Shown here: positions 16,991 through 21,411 of the stretch, piece by piece
Position numbering within the stretch: the stretch's first letter is position 1
Layout: every line of letters begins with the position of its first letter
Source: Promethearchaeota archaeon
Lineage (GTDB): Archaea; Asgardarchaeota; Lokiarchaeia; Sigyniarchaeales; SOKP01
Assembly: GCA_008080735.1 (NCBI GenBank)
Contig: SHMW01000073.1
Coordinates: forward strand, 1 to 21,411
Direction of reading: 5' to 3'
DNA: 21,411 nt
Position numbers and translations under genes: made by a program
The notes under the pieces: model-generated
What the model was told of the DNA's origin: nothing
What the model saw: only the letters and a program-made list of their open reading frames with translations
The model's database searches: none

Positions 16991-17734
16991 ATGAGTTTTC
17001 TTTTTATTGGTCATAGAGGAACACGAGTCAGTTTTGATGAAAACACAATGGGTGCTTTTAAGGCCGCAATTAAAGCTGGAGCTAATTATATCGAATTTGA
17101 TGTAAGAAAATCACGAGACGGAAAATTAATCATATTTCATGATGACACTCTAGATAGAATGATTAAAAAGTCGGGCAAGATTGAGGAAGTAACCCTTTCA
17201 AGAATTAAGAATCTCAGAACGCATAAACAAAAGGAAAAGATACCTCAATTAAAGGAAATAATAAAGAAATTTAAAAAGCGAGTTAATTTTATGATTGAGT
17301 TAAAATCAAATGGAATCCAACAAAAAGTTATTAGGATTATAAAAAAGGAAAATATAACAACTCAATCAATTATCAGCGGTCGCGATTATAAGAGGTTAAT
17401 ACAATTAAAAGAAGAAAATCCAGAAATACAGATATGTTATAATATTACTAAGGGAGAGGGATTGACCTTACAAGATTTCTTAAGTAATAATAATAGGAGT
17501 ATTGACATTTCCCATTTTGAAATGATTAGTCTAAGATCGTCTCTAATCTCTCAGAAATTCATTGACACATGTCATGGTCTTGGGATCCGTGCTCTTGCAT
17601 GGGATTTTATAGACCTTCGTGAACCTGCAAATAACATCAAAGAAATTATATCAATGGGGATAGATGGAATATTATTTGATAATTATCAAAACATTTCTCT
17701 AATTAAAAGATGGATGGAAGAAAATCTCAACTAG
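16991..17734 (+). CDS. Glycerophosphodiester phosphodiesterase (GDPD/UgpQ family)
   Basis: IGHRG, ENT..AF, IEFDV, IFHD..LDR, IELK, GIDGI. AGGAG upstream. Confidence 0.92.
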   Translation: MSFLFIGHRGTRVSFDENTMGAFKAAIKAGANYIEFDVRKSRDGKLIIFHDDTLDRMIKKSGKIEEVTLSRIKNLRTHKQKEKIPQLKEIIKKFKKRVNFMIELKSNGIQQKVIRIIKKENITTQSIISGRDYKRLIQLKEENPEIQICYNITKGEGLTLQDFLSNNNRSIDISHFEMISLRSSLISQKFIDTCHGLGIRALAWDFIDLREPANNIKEIISMGIDGILFDNYQNISLIKRWMEENLN

Positions 17735-19772
17735 AATTTTTTATTTGAGAATGTCCATTTGGAAGAACTAAAATAATATCATCTAAAGAGAGTAATTCAA
17801 CCCAACGTCTTTTTTCATCAGCTACCTCCTTTAAAAATTTATTTTTTATCTTTTTTGCTAAATCACCCTTAGAAGATCCGGACCTTGAAGGGATAATTCT
17901 AATATATTTAATTGATTGGTTTTTTATCGGTGTTAATGGGGCAGCAATAACTTTTGGATAAAATACATATTCATATTCCTCCACATTGGCTTTCATTTTC
18001 TCAAATATTAAACCTATTGCTAATTCTGTCTTCGCATTTCGAATAAAATTTTTTTTTCCTTCAATCATGAAAGAACCTTTTGGGATATACTCCCCAGAAG
18101 GAGGAGACTTAGAAACTTGATTTGGAGTTACATAAAATACATCAGCAACACCCCAATTTTCTTTCCACGCTTGCGAATAACTTACAACAAAATCAGCTGC
18201 CTCTCTAAGGGTTGGATCAGGGATGCTCTCATCCTCAGGATTTTTAATAACAGCTAATGGAGATCCTGGAAAATTTGTATGCAAAACCAGATCATTAGGT
18301 TCCATATATTTTCTAAAGATTGCCTCATTTGAAGACGCATCTCTTCCTCCAATAACAAGATAATCATCAGATGATTTAAACCATCGATATTTTTCATACC
18401 ATTTTTTCTCTGGTTTCTTGACGAGGAAATCTATTTTCTTTTCGAAAGCATCTCGCTCATCTTGTAGCTTCTTAATTTTTGTTTGAGTCTTTTCGATAGC
18501 TTTTTTTGTACCTTCAATTTTATCCTTGGATTTCTTTCCTCTTGAATATATCATACTTGCATTATCTCCGATACTCTTGTAGATATCTAAATATATTTCA
18601 CTGCCATTAACTTTTAGTACAACCTGTTTTGTTGAGGGAACAATACGATCAAAATTCTCTGTACCACTCATTCCCTCTATTTTCGCTTTTTGAAGCTTCT
18701 CGTCTATTTGTTCCCAAGAATATCCCTTTGCTTTAGCATCTCTAATCACATTTAATAACTTTTCCAGAGATTGAAAATGAGCATAGATAAAATCCCCATA
18801 AGAATAATATTCTTTACTCTTTTCCTTTAATTCTTCTAAATACTCTGTTTGATTTTTTAGAATCTTCTCTTGAGAAGCTATTTTTTCTTTAAAATTACCA
18901 TCAGAACTTTCAATTACCCTTTCAGAATCAATTTTTGAAAAATAATCATCAACAGCTCTGTTAAAAGAGGGATAATCTTTTTTATTAAAGTTATCATAAA
19001 GTTTTAGTTCAAATGGGAGAACAGAAATTTGATTCCCCTTATCATCAATAACAATATGAGCATGTATTTCTGAAAACATGAGATCATTTCTAAGATCACG
19101 AAATGCTTGGTATAAATCATTCTTTTGAGTTTCAGATAATTGTGATCCTATTAAATCCTTCTCTAGATCCGACCTATGGCATATCTCTTCACTATATGTG
19201 CCCGCAATATTAACTTTTCTTGCAAGGATTCTTACAATTTCAGTTTCATCATTAATTATTTCATTAAACTGGTCACGATTAATCTCCAAAAAGTTTTCAC
19301 CATAGGATTCTGGAAAGTCATATTTCTTCTTAGGTAAAATATTTCTATTTCTTAGTTTGAGATATCTTTTAGCAACTATCGTGATATCTCTATCATCAAC
19401 TAAAATATAATTCCCCTTACTGAATAATTCAATGATAAATTTCCAGGGTTCTCCATTTTCATTATTTAGCTCAAAAATTATTATTCTATCCAAATTAAAT
19501 TGGCGGATACTCAGGATCCGTCTATTTCGTAATTGAGTTCTCAGAGACCGAATATATTGGCTGGGATATTTTGGAATAGGATAATCATAATGCGTTAAAT
19601 TGATCCTTGAATCTTTTTTGATTATTAAATTTCGGTTCCCATCAGATGTATTTATTTTGAATATTAAGAGATCCTCCACTTCATAAATATTAGAGATACT
19701 CCCCCCTGATAAAAATTGATCTAGCTCTCTAGTTATAGCATAGCAGTCGATATTACTGAATGTTCGCTTCAT
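17727..19772 (-). CDS. rqcH: Ribosome quality-control factor RqcH/Rqc2 (NEMF homolog, NFACT domains)
   Basis: NFACT-N 'QFNLDRII' and 'IELFSKGN', a coiled coil, and NFACT-R 'WYEKYRWF.SSD..LVIGGRDA..NE' and 'QVSKSPPSGEY.PKGSFMI.GKKN'. Confidence 0.93.
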   Translation of the reverse strand: MKRTFSNIDCYAITRELDQFLSGGSISNIYEVEDLLIFKINTSDGNRNLIIKKDSRINLTHYDYPIPKYPSQYIRSLRTQLRNRRILSIRQFNLDRIIIFELNNENGEPWKFIIELFSKGNYILVDDRDITIVAKRYLKLRNRNILPKKKYDFPESYGENFLEINRDQFNEIINDETEIVRILARKVNIAGTYSEEICHRSDLEKDLIGSQLSETQKNDLYQAFRDLRNDLMFSEIHAHIVIDDKGNQISVLPFELKLYDNFNKKDYPSFNRAVDDYFSKIDSERVIESSDGNFKEKIASQEKILKNQTEYLEELKEKSKEYYSYGDFIYAHFQSLEKLLNVIRDAKAKGYSWEQIDEKLQKAKIEGMSGTENFDRIVPSTKQVVLKVNGSEIYLDIYKSIGDNASMIYSRGKKSKDKIEGTKKAIEKTQTKIKKLQDERDAFEKKIDFLVKKPEKKWYEKYRWFKSSDDYLVIGGRDASSNEAIFRKYMEPNDLVLHTNFPGSPLAVIKNPEDESIPDPTLREAADFVVSYSQAWKENWGVADVFYVTPNQVSKSPPSGEYIPKGSFMIEGKKNFIRNAKTELAIGLIFEKMKANVEEYEYVFYPKVIAAPLTPIKNQSIKYIRIIPSRSGSSKGDLAKKIKNKFLKEVADEKRRWVELLSLDDIILVLPNGHSQIKNSS

Positions 19773-19846
19773 TATTTTTTAACAAATTTTAAAGTTTAGG
19801 AGATATAATTATAATTATAATAATTTATGATGAGAAAAAAATAATT

Positions 19847-20296
19847 ATGCCAAAAAAAGAGAAACTGGAAAAAATTGATATCAAGAAGAAACGAAAAAGA
19901 TTAATGGAATTACGAAGAAAAAAATTAGACGTGGAAAAAAAAAAAGAAGCAAAGGGGAAACAAAAGAAAATTGATATCAGATTAGAACAAGAAACAAAAC
20001 TTTATTGGACCCGGGCAATTACGGGTGTCACTTGTGGTCTATTTGGACGCCTAATAGGTCTGGTTGGCTGGTTATTATTTTTCTGGATGCTATTTTTCTG
20101 GCTCCTATTCCCATTCTTTGCCAGTTTTATAATCTTTAAATTTGAATATGATAGGGAAGATTGGACTTGGAAGAACATTTTAATGCCGGGCATCGGTATG
20201 TTCTTTTTCATGTTTATGATTACGAGCACCATATTACATACACTCTTGGTAATGATTGATTATCCGCTTACAATAACGATTTTAGGGCCGATCTAA
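19847..20296 (+). CDS. EMC6/OPTI(RAB5IF)-like three-TM membrane protein with a basic N-terminal extension
   Basis: 'LYWTRAITGVTCGLFG.LIGL.G' (TM1), TM2, an acidic loop 'EYDREDWTW', and 'GIGMFFFMFMITSTILHT' (TM3) follow the Rab5ip/EMC6 family pattern. Confidence 0.65.
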   Translation: MPKKEKLEKIDIKKKRKRLMELRRKKLDVEKKKEAKGKQKKIDIRLEQETKLYWTRAITGVTCGLFGRLIGLVGWLLFFWMLFFWLLFPFFASFIIFKFEYDREDWTWKNILMPGIGMFFFMFMITSTILHTLLVMIDYPLTITILGPI

Positions 20297-20377
20297 AATA
20301 TAATCTAAAAATAGAACATTCTATTGTATTATTATAATAGTTATACATATTTTATAAAGAGGAGAATCTGAAATATC

Positions 20378-20884
20378 TTATAATTGAATCATTTGCTTAA
20401 CTCGCTTTCCTTTTTTTCGCCGTGGTTTGAATTTTATCTCATTCAATTTATAGATTCGATCGCAATATACACATTGAATTTTTAGTGGTTTTTCTTCTAA
20501 AACTTTGAACTCTGTATCAATTGGTTCCTTATTAGAATTACTAATACAGGTTTTCGTCTCACAAACAATCAATTTTTTAATTATCCTGGGCATCTCTACC
20601 TTCTTTTTTTCTATTACTTCATAATTTTCAATCAAGGAAATTGTCGCATTCGGACTCAAAATAGAAATTTGTGCCATTTGGACCTCATCTAAAAATACAT
20701 TCTCAATTTTAACTATATCTTTTTTTCCGTACTTTTGTGAAGAAACATTTACACCGATTGTCATAAGATTTGAGGCCTCATCAAGTCCGGTTAGATTTAA
20801 AATGGTTAAAGCATATCCAGCATCGATATGATCGATTACGGTACCTTTCTGAATTCTATCTATTCGGAGATTTTTTTGGGACAT
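20378..20884 (-). CDS. pyrI: Aspartate carbamoyltransferase regulatory subunit
   Basis: 'I..GTVIDHI.AG', 'KKDIVKIE', 'P.ATI..I..Y.V.EK', and Zn ligands CETKTCIS…CVYCD. Confidence 0.95.
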   Translation of the reverse strand: MSQKNLRIDRIQKGTVIDHIDAGYALTILNLTGLDEASNLMTIGVNVSSQKYGKKDIVKIENVFLDEVQMAQISILSPNATISLIENYEVIEKKKVEMPRIIKKLIVCETKTCISNSNKEPIDTEFKVLEEKPLKIQCVYCDRIYKLNEIKFKPRRKKGKRVKQMIQL

Positions 20885-21022
20885 GGGTTTATTCTTATTA
20901 AGTGATCCTCCTTTTTATAATTTCAAATTCATAAGTTAATAACTTATTTAAAAATTCTCTATTATATTTTGTACAAGTATAGATTTAACAATAGAAAGCT
21001 GTTTAATCAGAGTGAACTACAA

Positions 21023-21038
21023 ACCCCCTCAAGGGGGT
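21023..21038. repeat. Subterminal hairpin ACCCCC-TCAA-GGGGGT of the IS right end
   Basis: Perfect 6-bp inverted repeat with a 4-nt loop, 11 nt from the TTCAC end. Confidence 0.8.
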
Positions 21039-21054
21039 GGCTTCAACCATTCGG

Positions 21055-21407
21055 CTAGGCCTTTGCGACGCTAACTTCATTCGGTTGTTCGGGGCATTCA
21101 CGGGTCCCCCATCCCAGCGAACTCGTTATCCGCTGAGCTATGTTGATGGCAGCATTCACGTCTCTATCGTAGGTGAGCCCGCACCGAGAACACTCATAAT
21201 TGCGATGAAAGCCCACCTTATGGAGTAAGCGGTCTTGTCTTTATGGAGCCTTCCCCGTGAAAGCGGCTTGAAAGCGAGATACCACCGTACGCACTTTACA
21301 TACAGGTCTAAATCCCGGTTAAGCTTCAAGAGCTTTCCCTTATTCGGGTTGAAAACCTTTCCTATGACCGTAAGCTGTAATGTAGAGTGCATTTGGTAGG
21401 ATCTCAT
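21055..21407 (-). pseudogene. tnpB: tnpB pseudogene: N-terminal ~56 codons joined out of frame to the C-terminal Zn-finger/RuvC-III segment
   Basis: The frame from 21407 gives MRSYQ…TVIGKVFNPNKGK…LHKD. A second frame, 21240-21055, gives RQDRLLHKVGFHRNYECSRCGLTYDRDVNAAINIAQRITS…AKA*, which contains CxxCG and DRDxNAAxNI. Confidence 0.85.
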
Positions 21408-21411
21408 TTAA

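Larger units (their letters stand above)
21012..21411 (-). mobile_element. IS200/IS605-family (IS1341-type) non-autonomous element, right end plus deleted tnpB; left end lies outside the window
   Basis: GC-rich block. The minus strand ends GAAGCCACCCCCTTGAGGGGGTTTGTAGTTCAC, with a subterminal hairpin at 21023-21038 and a TTCAC terminus at 21012, typical of IS605 right ends. Confidence 0.85.

Noticed and set aside
12180-20232. ORFs 12180-12365, 14640-14867, 16533-16751 and 20002-20232
   Set aside because: Antisense shadows of supported genes.
21037-21228. 63-aa plus-strand ORF
   Set aside because: It is antisense to the TnpB C-terminal frame and IS right end.
1-21411. tRNA, rRNA, CRISPR array, selenocysteine (in-frame UGA/SECIS) genes
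   Set aside because: I saw no cloverleaf, no regularly spaced repeats and no protein interrupted by an in-frame TGA. This was by inspection only.

Overview
AT-rich archaeal chromosomal segment, most likely Asgard (Lokiarchaeia/Promethearchaeota-like). This is inferred from gene content: L15e, Rpp30, Pop5, archaeal RqcH, a Cdc6/Orc1 paralog, an NPRL2/DENN-like longin protein and an EMC6/OPTI-like membrane protein. It holds 23 intact CDSs. Both ends are GC-rich: a gene tail at 1-78, and an internally deleted IS200/IS605 tnpB element at 21012-21411 whose C-terminal Zn-finger/RuvC-III coding frame is missing from the supplied ORF track. The main highlights are: (1) an unannotated C/D-box sRNA at 4954-5030 (-) whose D guide points, by the D+5 rule, to the 23S P-loop G2251; (2) a longin plus tandem winged-helix protein that keeps the 'ARG' arginine-finger motif of FLCN/SMCR8/NPRL2-type GAPs; (3) a five-gene block (class III aminotransferase, SDR, ThDP enzyme, VOC protein, methanogenesis marker 16/ComF-like) between rpl15e and rpp30-pop5, which may be a taurine/sulfoacetaldehyde/coenzyme M module in a presumed non-methanogen; (4) a degenerate Cdc6/ORC-like ATPase. 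All assignments come from recognising motifs by eye; no searches were run.
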